DNA from: Eledone cirrhosa
Lineage: Eukaryota
DNA length: 64,000 bases
Direction of reading: 5' to 3'
NCBI GenBank assembly: GCA_964016885.1
Contig: OZ024752.1
Span: 41,664,001 to 41,728,000, forward strand
Position 1 is the stretch's first letter, and each line of letters starts with the position of its first letter. The notes below the pieces were generated by a model, which saw nothing but the letters and a program-made list of their open reading frames with translations, was not told where the DNA came from and did not search any database. Positions 11,235 through 25,203 of this stretch are shown here, one piece after another. A program made the position numbers and the translations under genes.

Positions 11235-11795
11235 TATATATATATTTATATATTTATATATATTTATATATATTTATATATTTATATATCAACCAAGCAT
11301 CTCTCTCAGATAGAGGTTTGGTTATATCATCACCCCCTCCAACACTAACATCGCCACCGCCCTCACCACAATAAAGAGACCGCCCCCCCACCCCCGCCGC
11401 CCCCCGCAGTCCCCTCTTCTTCTCCTCACTCTGCCAGAATGTTATTGGTTGGTGCCTTTCCACTATAACCTCCACACCTACCCCCCTACAACAATCACAA
11501 CCAGCTCACCACCACCTAAATAATATTACAGCACCCACTCACCACCACCACCACCACCACCACCACCACCACACATACACTTCCAAAAATAAAAAAAATA
11601 ATATGGAATTATTTTTGGTTCCTAAACACTACAACAAATTCTTCTTTTCTTAAAATTTTTAGTTGAATTCTTCAAAATGTAAACAAATTTTTTTTTTTTT
11701 TAAAAATCAAAATATTAATTTACTAGAAAATGAAAAAATATTTTAAAAGAAATAAAAAAAAGACCCACCACCACTACTATGAGCAACAACTAATC

Positions 11796-11849
<54 letters not shown>

Positions 11850-11941
11850 AAGGGAGAGAGAGATAATAAGAGAAAAAGAGAATAAATTCAATTTCTTTAA
11901 TTTCTTCTGTTATGTTTTGTATAAATAAATAAATATATATA

Positions 11942-11976
<35 letters not shown>

Positions 11977-12165
11977 GGTACGTTATTCCGGGTTGAGTCG
12001 GAGGTAACCACAGTAAGTAAAGTACTCAATACATTGCAGAGTATAAAAGTTTTAATATAGATGAGATTCTACAGGACTAGAACTGTTTCATTCTTTAGAA
12101 TTCCTGATGATTTCTAAAGAATGAAACAGTATCTAGTCCTGTAGAATCTCATCTATATTAAAACT
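11977..12165. mobile_element. Fold-back copy of family H5
   Basis: Minus copy joined head-to-head to a plus copy ttcCTGATGA...GAAAcag...ctgTAgaatctc. (TA)n flanks. Confidence 0.8.
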
Positions 12166-12476
12166 TACATACATATATATATATATATATTCACTATCTT
12201 CTTTTTTTAAAAACTTTTGCTTGTTTGTTCTTTTTTTTTTACCCCCACCAAAGAAAAATTTAATTTTCTATTTTTCTTCTTCTTTTGTCACGGAATGAAA
12301 ACAAAATCTCTTTTCTTTAGAAAAAAGAATTGAAAACTTCCAAGAAATAGAAAAGATGTAAACAAAAGCTTATTCTTTCAGTAGACAGAATAGAGATTTG
12401 GTTTGGGGAGATGTGTGTTGGAATGAAAGGGTTCCTACTATGATTACCATTAATATTATTTTTATTTTTGGAAGAG

Positions 12477-13712
12477 TGGTGGATTGGCAGTAACCGTAGA
12501 GGGTCGGACGCCATGCTTTGCAGCATAGAGTTACGGCCCTTTGCGGTTTGAGTTCAAATCGTGCCGAGGTTAACTTTGCCTTTCAACCTTACAGGGTCGA
12601 TAAAATAAAGTACCAGTAATGCACTGGGGTAATTGCTGGCCTTGTGCCTAAAGTAGAAACAATTTATTACAGAATCGGTAGAGTGTCAGACACCATGCTT
12701 TGCAGCATAGAGTTACGTCCCTTTACAGCCTGAGTTCAAATCCTGCCGAGGTTAACTTTGCAGGGTCGATAAAATAAAGTACCAGTAATACACTGGGGTA
12801 ATTGCTGGCCTTGTGCCTAAAGTAGAAACAATTATTACAGAATCGGTAGAGTGTCAGACACCATGCTTTGCTGCATGGTGTTACGGCCCTTTACAGCCAG
12901 AGTTCAAATCCTGTCGAGGTTAACTTTGCAGGGTCGATAAAATAAAGTACCAGTAATACACTGGGGGTAATTGCTGGCCTTGTGCCTAAAGTAGAAACAA
13001 TTATTACAGAATCGGTAGAGTGTCAGACACCATGCTTTGCAGCATAGAGTTACGTCCCTTTACAGCCTGAGTTCAAATCCTGCCGAGGTTAACTTTGCCT
13101 TTCATCCTTACGAGGTCGATAAAATAAAGTACCAGTAATACACTGGGGAGATAATTGCTGGCCTTGTGCCTAAAGTAGAAACAATTATTACAGAATCGGT
13201 AGAGTGTCAGACACCCTGCTTTGCAGCATAGAGTTACGTCCCTTTACAGCCTGAGTTCAAATCTCGCCGAGAGGTTAACTTTGCCTTTCATCCTTACGGG
13301 GTCGATGAAATAAAGTACCAGTAATGCACTGGGATAATTGCTGGCCTTGTGCCACAAATATAAAAACAATTATTATTGTTAAATTAGTCTTGCCATTGTG
13401 CACTTTTACTCGACCTTGTTGTAACCCCCCCCGGTCCCTTGTCTTTGTATTGTCCCCTACATGTCGGCCCTTGTGACCGATAAATGAAACTACTATGAGG
13501 GTGGTAGATTGGCAGTATCGGTAGAGGGTCGGACGACATGCTTTTGCAGCATAGAGTTATGGCCCTTTATGATCTGAGTTCAAATCCCGCCGAGGTTAAA
13601 CTTTGCCTTTCATCCTTACGGGGGATCGATAAAATAAAGTACCAGTAATGCACTGGGGGAAAGGGGGGGGGGGGGGTAAATTGCTGGCCTTGTGCCACAA
13701 AGTAGAAACAAT
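12477..13712 (+). mobile_element. Head-to-tail cluster of SINE A copies (five tandem + one)
   Basis: Repeated cagaatcggtagagtgtcagacacc...gtagaaacaatt units of ~165-185 bp. Confidence 0.85.
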
Positions 13713-14289
13713 TATTATTATTAAATAATAATAATTATTGTTGCTGTTGTTGTTGTTGCTGTTGTTGTTGCTGTTGTTGCTGTTGTTGTTGCTGTCGTTG
13801 TTGCTGTTGTTGTTGTTGTTGTCAAGTGCTGGAGTGGATTTAATCGACCCCTCCCCCCCCCTTAAATTGCTGGCCTTGAGCCTAAATCAGAAATCATTAT
13901 TAATACCATTATTATTATCATTACTATTATAACGATAAAAATAAAGTACCAGTAATGTACTGGGGGTAATTGCTGGCCTTGTGCCAAAAGTAGAAACAAT
14001 TACTATTATAAACAACAACAATACAATAAAAATGATAACATTAACAGGTGAGGAAGAGGGAGAGAGAGAGAGAGAGAGAGAGGGGGAGAGGGAGAATGGA
14101 GAGAGAGGGGGGAGGGGGATATCCCTGCAATAATAATAATAATGCTAATTGTTTCTACTTTAGGCACAAGGCCAGCAATTACCCCCAGTACATTACTGGG
14201 TAATTGCTGATAATAAATGAAAAGGTATGATAAAGAAATTTCCGGGTTCCCGATTCACATAGGGATCACTTGAGTTGATCAAGGAGGGA

Positions 14290-14343
14290 TAGAGATAGAT
14301 AGTTAGATAGATAGATAGAGAGAGAGAGGGAGAGAGAGAGGGG

Positions 14344-14381
<38 letters not shown>

Positions 14382-16561
14382 GAGAGAGAGGGAGAGAGAG
14401 AGATAGGTAGAAAGAGAGAGAGGTAGAGAGATAGGTAGAGAGAGAGAGATAGGTAGAGAGAGAGAGAGAGAGGTAGAGAGAGAGAGAGGTAGAGAGAGAG
14501 AGAGAATGGGGTAGAGAGAGAAAGAGAGAGATAGGTAGAGAGAGAGAGAGAGAGATAGGTAGAGAGAGAAAGAGAGAGGAGAGGGTGTCAAAAAAGTATA
14601 ATGGAAATATAAAGGTTGAAAAGGTGATGGTGGTGGTGGTGGTGTTGGTGGTGTTGGTGGTGTTGTTGTTGGTAGTGGTGGTGGTGTTGGTGGTGGTGTT
14701 GTTGTTGGTAGTGGTGGTGGTGTTGGTGGTGGTGTTGTTGTTGGTAGTGGTGGTGGTGTTGGTGGTGGTGTTGTTGTTGGTAGTGGTGGTGGTGTTGGTG
14801 TTGTTGTTGTTGATGTTGGTGGTGGTGTTGGTGGTGTTGTTGTTGGTGGTGGTGTTGGTGGTGGTGTTGGTGTTGGTGTTGGTGTTGTTGTTGGTGGTGT
14901 TGGTGGTGGTGTTGGTGTGTTGTTGTTGGTAGTGGTGGTGGTGTTGGTGTTGTTGGTGGTGGTGTTGGTGTTGGTGGTGTTGTTGTTGGTAGTGGTGGTG
15001 GTGTTGGTGTGTTGTTGTTGGTGTTGGTGTTGGTGTGTTGTTGTTGGTGGTGGTGTTGGTGTTGGTGGTGTTGTTGTTGGTAGTGGTGGTGGTGTTGGTG
15101 TGTTGTTGTTGGTGGTGGTGTTGGTGTTGGTGGTGTTGTTGTTGGTAGTGGTGGTGGTGTTGGTGTTGTTGTTGTTGGTGTTGGTGGTGGTGTTGGTGGT
15201 GTTGTTGTTGGTGGTGGTGTTGGTGTTGTTGGTGGTGGTGTTGGTGGTGGTGTTGGTGTTGGTGTTGTTGTTGTTGGTGTTGGTGGTGGTGTTGGTGGTG
15301 TTGTTGTTGGTGGTGGTGTTGGTGTTGTTGGTGGTGGTGTTGGTGGTGGTGTTGGTGGTGTTGTTGTTGGTAGTGGTGGTGTTGGTGTTGGTGTTGTTGT
15401 TGGTGTTGGTAGTGTTGGTGTTGGTGGTGTTGGTGTTGGTGTTGTTGGTGTTGGTAGTGGTGGTGGTGTTGGTGTTGTTGTTGTTGGTGGTGGTGTTGGT
15501 GTTGGTGTTGGTGTTGTTGGTGGTGGTGGTGGTGTTGTTGTTTGTGTTGGTGGTTTTGGTGTTGTTGTTGTTGGTGTTGTTAGTGTTGGTGGTAGTGGTA
15601 GTAGTGGTGGTAGTAGTGGTGGTAGTAGTGGTGGTGGTGGTAGTGGTGGTGGTGGTGGTGGTGTAGTAGAAGGTGATTATGTCAGTGGAGGGAGGGAGGA
15701 GGGAGGGAGGGAGCTATATTGGATTAGAAGAGAGAGAATTACTCCATGGAATTTCTTGATAATTTCCCAGTTAGTTGAAGTAGGGGGAGGGGGTAACTTT
15801 CTTGATGCTGTTGTTGTTGTTGTTGTTGTTGCCTCTATTGTCATTGTTGTTGCTGTTACTGTTGTTATTTCTGTTGTTGTTGTTGTTATTGCTACTGTTG
15901 TGGTTGTTGTTGTTGCTGTTGTTGCTACTGTTGTTGTTGTTGCTACTGTTGTTGCTAGTGTTGTTGTAGCTGTTGCTGTTGTTATTGCTACTGTTGTTGT
16001 TGTTGTTGTTGTTGCTAGTGTTGTAGCTGTTGTTGTTGTTGCTACTGTTGTTGTAGCTGTTACTGTTGTTGTTGTTGTTGCTGCTGTTGCTACTGTTGTT
16101 GTAGCTGTTGCTGCTGTTGTTGCTGCTGTTGCTACTGTTGTTGTAGCTGTTGCTGCTGTTATTGCTACTGTTGTTGTTGTTGCTACTGTTGTTGTAGCTG
16201 TTGCTGTTGTTGTAGCTGTTGCTGTTGTTGCTGTTGCTGTTGTTGCTGTTGCTGCTGTTGCTGTTGTTATTGCTACTGTTGTTGTTGTTTCTGTTGTTGT
16301 TGTTGCTACTGTTGTTGTTGTTGCTACTGTTGTTGCTGTTGTTGCTGCTACTGTTGTTGTTGCTGTTGTTCCTGTTGTCGCTGTTGTTGTTGTAGTTAGG
16401 GTGGGAGTGGTGAATCACTAGGTAGAACTAGAGACAGAATGGAGCTGGAATTGTGAGGAATTCTTTCAGACAAATATCCAGAGTAAAGAGATGGAGGAGG
16501 AGGAGGGGGAGGAGGAGGGAAAACAAAAAAAGATGAAGAGAGAGCAAAGAGAAAGGAGAGA

Positions 16562-16625
<64 letters not shown>

Positions 16626-16637
16626 AGAAAGGAGAGA

Positions 16638-16691
<54 letters not shown>

Positions 16692-16695
16692 AGAA

Positions 16696-16764
<69 letters not shown>

Positions 16765-16861
16765 ATAAAGGAGAGAGAGCAGAGACAAAGAGAGGTGAGA
16801 GAGAGAGAGAGAGAAAGAGAGGTGTGTGAGAGAGAGAGAGAGAAAGAGAAAGAAAGGAGAG

Positions 16862-16892
<31 letters not shown>

Positions 16893-16903
16893 ATAAAGGA
16901 GAG

Positions 16904-16936
<33 letters not shown>

Positions 16937-17310
16937 ATAAAGGAGAGAGAGCAGAGAGAAAGAGAGGTGAGAGAGAGAGCAGAGAGAAAGAGAGGTGAGA
17001 GAGAGAGAGAGAAAGAGAAAGAAAGGAGAGGAGAGAGAGAGAGAGAGAGAGAAAGAGAAATAAAGGAGAGAGAGCAGAGAGAAAGAGAGGTGAGAGAGAG
17101 AGAAAGGAGAGAGAGAAAGGAGAGAGAGAGAGAAAGAAAGGTGAGAGAGAGAAAGAAAGGTGAGAGAGAGAAAGAAAGGTGAGAGAGAGAAAGAAAGGTG
17201 AGAGAGAGAAAGAAAGGTGAGAGAGAGAAAGAAAGGTGAGAGAGAGAAAGAAAGGTGAGAGAGAGAAAGAAAGGTGAGAGAGGGGAGAAAGAAAGGTGAG
17301 AGAGAGTAAA
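14290..17310. repeat. Block of (GA)n, (GTT/GGT)n and (GTT/GCT)n simple repeats
   Basis: Direct inspection. Confidence 0.9.
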
Positions 17311-17359
17311 GTGACTAATTAATATTATGGTGAATTGTCGTTAGTTAAGGAGGTAAATG

Positions 17360-18590
17360 GTATGGTGGTGGTAGCATAGGGGTGGAGCTGGGGTGTGTGA
17401 GATTGGTGGTGGTGGTAGTAGTAGTGGTGGTGGTGCAAGTGGTGGTGGTAGCATAGGGGTGGAGCTGGGGTGTGTGAGATTGGTGGTGGTGGTAGTAGTA
17501 GTGGTGGTGGTGCAAGTGGTGGTGGTGTAGCATAGGGGTGGAGCTGGGGTGTGTGAGATTGGTGGTGGTGGTGGTGGTAGTAGTAGTGGTGGTGGTGCAA
17601 GTGGTGGTGGTGGTGGTGGTGGTGGTGGTGGGGTAGCATAGGGGTGGAGCTGGGGTATGTGAGATTGGTGGTGGTGGTGGTAGTAGTAGTGGTGGTGGTG
17701 CAAGTGGTGGTGGTGGTGGTGCTAGTGGTGGTGGTGGTGGTGTAGCATAGGGGTGGAGCTGGGGTGTGTGAGATTGGTGGTGGTGGTGGTGGTAGTAGTA
17801 GTGGTGGTGGTGCAAGTGGTGGTGGTGGTGGTGGTGTTGGTGTAGCATAGGGGTGGAGCTGGGGTGTGTGAGATTGGTGGTGGTGGTGGTAGTAGTAGTG
17901 GTGGTGGTGCAAGTGGTGGTGGTGGTGGGGTAGCATAGGGGTGGAGCTGGGGTGTGTGAGATTGGTGGTGGTGGTGGTAGTAGTAGTGGTGGTGGTGCAA
18001 GTGGTGGTGGTGTTGGTGTAGCATAGGGGTGGAGCTGGGGTGTGTGAGATTGGTGGTGGTGGTGGTAGTAGTAGTGGTGGTGTTGCAAGTGGTGGTGGTG
18101 GTGGTGGTGTTGGTGTAGCATAGGGGTGGAGCTGGGGAGTGTGAGATTGGTGGTGGTGTAGCATAATAGGGTGGAGTTAGAGCCTGTGAGTGATGGTGGT
18201 AGTGTTTGATGTGGTAGTGGTTGTTGTGGTGTAGGTGGTGATGCATAAGGGAGTGGTGGTGGTGATGGTGGTGGTGGTGGTAGTGGTGATGTTGGTGTTG
18301 GTGGTGGTGGTGGTTGTGGTGAAGGTGGTGGTGATGTGTTGCTGGTAGCGGTGGTGGTGGTGGTGGTGATGTGTTGGTGGTAGTGGTGATGTTGGTGTTG
18401 GTGGTGGTGGTTGTGGTGATGATGTGTTGGTGATGGTTGTGGTGATGGTGGTGGTAGTGGTGGTGGTGGTGATGGTGGTGGTAGTGGTGGTGGTGGTGAT
18501 GGTTGTGGTGAAGGTGGTGGTGATGATGCTGGTAGTGGTGTAGGTGATGGTGGTTGTGGTGGTGGTGATGGTGATGATGATGATGCTACA
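17360..18590. repeat. G-rich minisatellite (gtagcataggggtggagctggggtgtgtgagattggtggt...) and (GGT)n
   Basis: About a dozen copies of a 55-90 bp variable unit, followed by degenerate (GGT)n. Confidence 0.85.
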
Positions 18591-19054
18591 TGAAAGGGGA
18601 GGTGAGTCTGACTGATTGAGGAATCAAATAAAAGGGTGCACCTATTATTTTGTGAGTTAGTCAGAAGGGTGTATGTGTGCAGGGGAGGTGGGTGCAAGTA
18701 GGGTGCAAGTACGTGTGAATGAGTAGGGGCATGTTAGTGTGTGTGTGGGGGGGGGTTGAAAGAAAAGCTGGGGTGGAGGAAGAAGAAGGGGAAGAAGAAG
18801 AAGGAGGAAGGAGTAGAGAAGAGAGAAAGGAGAGCGAAGAGATCAAATGAGCAGAGAGAGAGAGAGAGACAGTGGAGGGAGGAAAAGAGAGCAAATGTGA
18901 GAGGGAGTATATGTACTTGTGGTACATGTGTGTGTGTATTTGTATTACGTGTGTATGTAAATATATATATGTGTGGATTTATATGAGTGTGTACCTATGT
19001 TATATATGTGTAAATGTGTTTTTGAAAAAAATATATATATATATACATTTATAT

Positions 19055-19852
19055 ATCATCATCATCATCATCATCACCGTTTTACGTCCGTTCTTCCACG
19101 CTAGCATGGGTTAGACGGGTTGTCCTGTTGTGGGCAGTGTCTGGTCGGCTGACCATGCCTTGCTCATACGGGAACTGATCTGGCTTGATTTCTACAGCTG
19201 GATGCCCTTCCTAACACCAACCTCATTTACAGTGAGTGCTGAGTGCTTTTTCGTGGCGCATACACGTCCACTTTACAGTGTGGGCTGGGTGCTTTTTTGC
19301 CGTGGCACCTCCACGACCACCTTGCGGTGGGGGGTGTGATATATATATATATATATATATATATGGAGGTACATGGCTTAGTGGTTAGAACATTGGGCTT
19401 GCAATCGAAAGGTTGTGAATTCTCAGACCGGGTGATGTGTTGTTTCCTTGAGCAAGACACTTTATTTCACATTGATCCAGTTTACTCAGCTGTAGAAATG
19501 AGATGATAGGGACTGGGGTCCCTATCATTCCACTGCAAAGTGGTCGTGGAGGTGTCACGGCAAAAAAGCACCGAGCCCACACTGTAAAGTGAACGTGGAG
19601 GTGCCACAGAACAAAAAGCACCCAGCCCTCACTGTAAAGTGGATATGGAGGTGTCACGGCAAAAAAGCACCCAGCCCACACTGTAAAGTGGTCGTGTAGG
19701 CGCCACGGCAAAAAAGCACCCAGCACTCACTGTAAATGAGGTTGGTGTTAGGAAGGGCATCCAGCTGTAGAAATCAAGCCAGAATCAGTTCCCGCCCCAC
19801 CCTTGCAAGCAGGGAAAAGCGGACGTAAAATGATGATGAAGATGATGATGAT
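19055..19852. mobile_element. SINE C (-, 19055-19335) and SINE B (+, 19365-19852) around a (TA)n tract
   Basis: Match to the families above. Confidence 0.8.
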
Positions 19853-20301
19853 ATATTATCTGTGTGTGTGTGTGATGATTTGCAGTTGTTTGTTTGTAAT
19901 TTTGTTTTTACTATATGAAGTGTGTGGGCTTAAGTGGTACAGGGTGGGGGTTAATATGTGTGTAAGTGTGTGTACGTGTGCGCTTGAGGTTAGGTGTGCC
20001 ACATAAAACTAATTCCGGCTCTAATCACAAGAGAGAACTAAACAAGTGCTTATTGTAATCTTCCACAACAATTCTTTCTAACATAGATACAAGGCCAGTA
20101 ACATGAGGGAAAGACAAAGGGAAAGTCGGTTATAGTCCACCCCAGTGGGTGGAATGCAAAGTTGAACAGGACAACATTTGAACTCAGAATGGAAAAAATA
20201 CCACAAGGTGGAATGGTTACTGTAGCAACCCCATGCATGTGTTTTGCAGACACATAGACCACGAGTTAGGGAAGAAATCTTTGATCGCTTGTTTTGTTTT
20301 A

Positions 20302-20907
20302 TTTTGGACTGTTTCAGCTTCACATCTGAAAAGGGGGTTATAACCCTGAAATATCATGTGCAAAACCTTACTTTTCACTTGAGGCTCTAGGCATGTGTTC
20401 ATTTTGCTTAATGAGTAATCCAGGGCCTGACTGCTATCAATACCATAACACAACATCTGTTAACACTGACTCTTTAAACAAGGGCATCAGTACTATCATG
20501 GCTAACACCACACACCCCACCTGTTGACTGACATTCCTAAATCCCTACCACAGATAATGTAACCAATATTTCTCAACACCTGTTAACTCTTTCTTTAAAC
20601 TCCATTTTGGACTGTTTCAGCTTCACATCTGAAAAGGGGGTTATAGCCCTGAAATATCATGTGCAAAACCTTACTTTTTACTTGAGGCTCTAGGCATGTG
20701 TTCATTTTGCTTAATGAGTAATCCAGGGCCTGACTGCTATCAATACCATAACACAACATCTGTTAACACTGACTCTTTAAACAAGGGCATCAGTACTATC
20801 ATAGCTAACACCACACACCCCACCTGTTGACTGACATTCCTAAAACCCTTCCACAGATAGTGTAACCAATATTTCTCAACACCTGTTAACTGATTCTTTA
20901 AACTCCA
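20302..20907. repeat. Tandem duplication of ~304 bp
   Basis: ttttggactgtttcagcttcacatctg...ctttaaactcca occurs at ~20302 and ~20606 with few substitutions. Confidence 0.85.
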
Positions 20908-21199
20908 TACAGTTCATATAACAACATTACCAGAGCTTTCACAGCATTGCACCACAGTAACCCCTTTCCACAGACAGGTAACATAAGAAGGGACCTTACA
21001 CTAATATCAGTGCTAATACTACACCCCACCACACCACGCTACACCACACTACGCTACACCACGCCACACCACATTACACCCCTGCCACACCCTAACCAAG
21101 AGTCTCACCCCATCGGAACCAGAAATATTAACCCCTGCCCCAATCCTGACATCATCCGGCTAGGAATCCTTGCTTTAGTAACGCGATACCGTTGATAGT

Positions 21200-21480
21200 A
21201 TATGCAGCTATATACACATACAGACATACACCCACACACACACACACATATATATATACATATATATATACACAAACACGCATGCATTATGCACAGCTGC
21301 ATAAAAATATATGCACACTCATCTACATACACATGCATACACACATATATACATATACATACAAACACATTTATATGCACAGGCATATGCACATACATAC
21401 ATTTATACATACATACATACACCTCTCTCTCTCTCTCTATATATATATACATCTATACACACATACATACACACACCTCA

Positions 21481-21538
<58 letters not shown>

Positions 21539-21647
21539 GTGTGTGTATGTGTGTATAGATGTATGTGTACATGCATGTGCATATATATGTGCATGTATAT
21601 AGGTATGTGTGTGTGCATACATTTCTATATACCTATATGTATGCACG

Positions 21648-21679
<32 letters not shown>

Positions 21680-21688
21680 TATGTATAC

Positions 21689-21719
<31 letters not shown>

Positions 21720-23195
21720 TATATATATACGTGCATACATACATATAGGCATATACAAATGTATGCACACACACACATACCTGTATATACATGCACATAT
21801 ATATGCACATGCATGTACACATACACATTGACATGCATCAATATATTCATGCACACACACACACACACACACATACACACACATACATATACAGAAACGT
21901 ACACAGACACTCACATAGATATACACACACATATGAACACACACATATCAATATATACATCAACAAGGATTTTTGTTTTGAAATACAAGACAGGTTTTGC
22001 ATAATCAGCAACACTTCACCACCACTACCACCACCAACACCACTACCACTACCAACACTACCAACACTACCAACACCACTACCACCACCACTACCAACAC
22101 CACTACCACCACCACCACCAACACTACCACTACCCCCACCACTACCACTACCAACAACACCACCACTACCAACACCACCACCACCACTACCAACACTACC
22201 AACACCACCAACACCACCACCACTACCACCACCATCACTACCAACACACCACCACTACCACTGCCACCAACACCACCATTACCAACACCACCACCACTAC
22301 CACCACCATCACCACCAACACACCACCACTACCACTACCACCAACACCACCACTATCAACACCACTACCACTACCAACACCACCACCACTACCAACACAC
22401 CACCACCAACACCACCACTACCAACACCACCAACACCACCACCAACACCACCACTACCAACACCACCAACACCACCACCATGATAACCACAATCATCACC
22501 ACCACCGCCGCCACCATCACCACCACTGTCATCATCACCACCGCCACCAACACCACCAACACCACCACTACCACCACTATCATCACCACCACCACTACCG
22601 CCACCATCATCACCATCACTATCACCACTACCACCACCACCTTCACTGCCACCGCCACCACCATGGCAACCACTTTTCTAACCCCTTACCCTTCCCTCAT
22701 ACACTGTCTCCATCAATAAACCCCTTCTTTATATCCCCTAAATACCAGATTTCTGTGTAAGAGGATGCCCCCTATGAAAATGCATCATCACACACACCTT
22801 CCCCCACCCCTGCATTTATTCCTATCAAGCTCTGTGTCATCATCATCATCATTGTCATCATCACCATCATCATCATCACCATTGTCATCATCATCACTGT
22901 CATGTCATAATTATTATCATCATCATCATCATAATTAACACTACCATCACTACCACCACCACCACCACCACCACTATCACCAACAGTATCACCATCACTA
23001 CTACTACCACCACCACCATCACCACCACAAAAAATTACCACCAACACTATCACTACCATCACCACTACCACCACTATCACTACCATCACCACCGCCACCA
23101 CCAACACTATTACCAGCACCACCACCACCATTACCACCGCCACCACCACCACTATTACCACCATCACCACCGCCACCACCATCACCATGATCACT
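21200..23195. repeat. (CA)/(TA) and (ACC/ATC)n simple repeats
   Basis: Direct inspection. Confidence 0.9.
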
Positions 23196-23308
23196 ACTTT
23201 TCAACTGTAAATAAAACTTGAAAACTTTTATGTCTCTCTCTCTCTAGCGTGAAATTAATAAACATTCGTTGTACTGCCTCTCTGTTTTGTTCCTGTTCAA
23301 ATTTTTCC

Positions 23309-23363
<55 letters not shown>

Positions 23364-23365
<2 letters not shown>

Positions 23366-23560
23366 CAAAGGAATTGTGGTAAGGAACCAGATGGACCATA
23401 ACGCACCAGAGTACTCAATACTTAGGGTAGTAGAGTGGGAAATAGGAAAAAGTATGACCCCGACGGCAGAGCTCAAGCCGTTTCGACGGCTATTTCTGGA
23501 CTAGAAATAGCTGTCGAAATGGCTTGAGCTCTGCCGTCGGGGGTCATACTTTTTCCTATA
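23364..23560. mobile_element. Fold-back element with 3' half of a hammerhead (family H6)
   Basis: ~55-bp inverted arms. GAAA-(c/t)ggc(ttgagctct)gccg-TC-ggggtca. Related copies at 38503-38680, 60108-60300 and degenerate 41615-41740. Confidence 0.65.
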
Positions 23561-23640
23561 TATATATATATATATGATACCATATATATATATATATATA
23601 TATTACTATTTTTTCCTTCTAATCTCTTACTATTATATAT

Positions 23641-23828
23641 CGGTGGATTGGCAGTATCGGTAGAGGGTCGGACTCCATGCTTTGAAGTATAGAGTTACGT
23701 CCCTTTACGATCTGAGTTCAAATCCCGCCAAGGTTAACTTTGCCTTTCACCCTTACGGGGTCGATAAAATAAAGTACCAGTAATGTACTGGGTAATTGCT
23801 GGCCTTGTGCCTATAGTAGAAACAATTA
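23641..23828 (+). mobile_element. SINE family A
   Basis: Full-length match. Confidence 0.85.
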
Positions 23829-23959
23829 TATATTATGTATCTAAACTCGCCATAGTCATTTAAGTTAACGGTTGTTTTTCAATTATTTACATATTCATTT
23901 GCATATTCAAACCCATAAGTTTGAAAAATCCATTATACATTTCCCTTATCCAGGGAATA

Positions 23960-24120
23960 TCCAACTGATAAGGTATGATTTTCCTGGGTATGTCTCTATT
24001 TATAAAACAAACTTTGTATTTTATCTGAAGAAAGCGCACCAAAGTGTTTTGGTGCCCTTGAAATATATATAATAAAATAAATATGGTTTTATAAATATAG
24101 TTTCCATTTATTTAATATCA
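23960..24120 (+). mobile_element. Family H2 hammerhead element
   Basis: tattttat-CTGAAGA-aagcgcaccaaagtgttttggtgccctt-GAAA-t(atat)a-TA-ataaaata. Confidence 0.75.
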
Positions 24121-24121
24121 T

Positions 24122-24200
<79 letters not shown>

Positions 24201-24220
24201 ATATATATATATATATAAAT

Positions 24221-24964
24221 AAGTTATGTTGGTGCCACAACATCCAGGCCGAAACAAATGAGATCGTGTAGGTGTCACGACAAAAAAACACACAGTCCAC
24301 GCTGTAATGTGGCCGTGTAGGCAACACGGTAAAAACCTCCCAGCCCCACACTGTAAATGTGGTTGGTGTTAGGAAGGGCATCCAGCTGTAGAAAACCCGC
24401 CAGACAGTCCACGCTGTAATGTGGCCGTGTAGGCAACACGGTAAAAACCTCCCAGCCCCACACTGTAAATGTGGTTGGTGTTAGGAAGGGCATCCAGCTG
24501 TAGAAAACCCGCCAGACAGTCCACGCTGTAATGTGGCCGTGTAGGCAACACGGTAAAAACCTCCCAGCCCCACACTGTAAATGTGGTTGGTGTTAGGAAG
24601 GGCATCCAGCTGTAGAAAACCCGCCAGACAGTCCACGCTGTAATGTGGCCGTGTAGGCAACACGGTAAAAACCTCCCAGCCCCACACTGTAAATGTGGTT
24701 GGTGTTAGGAAGGGCATCCAGCTGTAGAAAACCCGCCAGACAGTCCACGCTGTAATGTGGCCGTGTAGGCAACACGGTAAAAACCTCCCAGCCCCACACT
24801 GTAAATGTGGTTGGTGTTAGGAAGGGCATCCAGCTGTAGAAAACCCGCCAGACAGTCCTATACGAGCAAGACAACCATTCTTGCCTCAAGTGGGAAAACC
24901 CCCGTCCAAACCCATGCAAACGTGGAACAGGGACGTTAAACGATGACGATGATGATGATGATGA
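24221..24964 (+). repeat. LINE L1 3' UTR containing five tandem 112-bp units
   Basis: cagtccacgctgtaatgtggccgtgtagg...gtagaaaacccgccaga repeated with a 112-bp period, essentially identical. Confidence 0.9.
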
Positions 24965-24986
24965 TATATATATATATGTGTGTGTG

Positions 24987-25017
<31 letters not shown>

Positions 25018-25147
25018 ATATATATATATATGTGTGTGTGTGTATATATATATATACATGTGTGTGTGTATATATATATATATATGTGTGTGTGTGTATA
25101 TATATATATATGTGTGTGTGTGTGTATATATATATATGTGTGTGTGC

Positions 25148-25203
<56 letters not shown>

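Noticed and set aside
11330-11430. GC-rich patch with ccgccc boxes as a promoter for the minus-strand gene
   Set aside because: Low-complexity C-runs only; no independent support.
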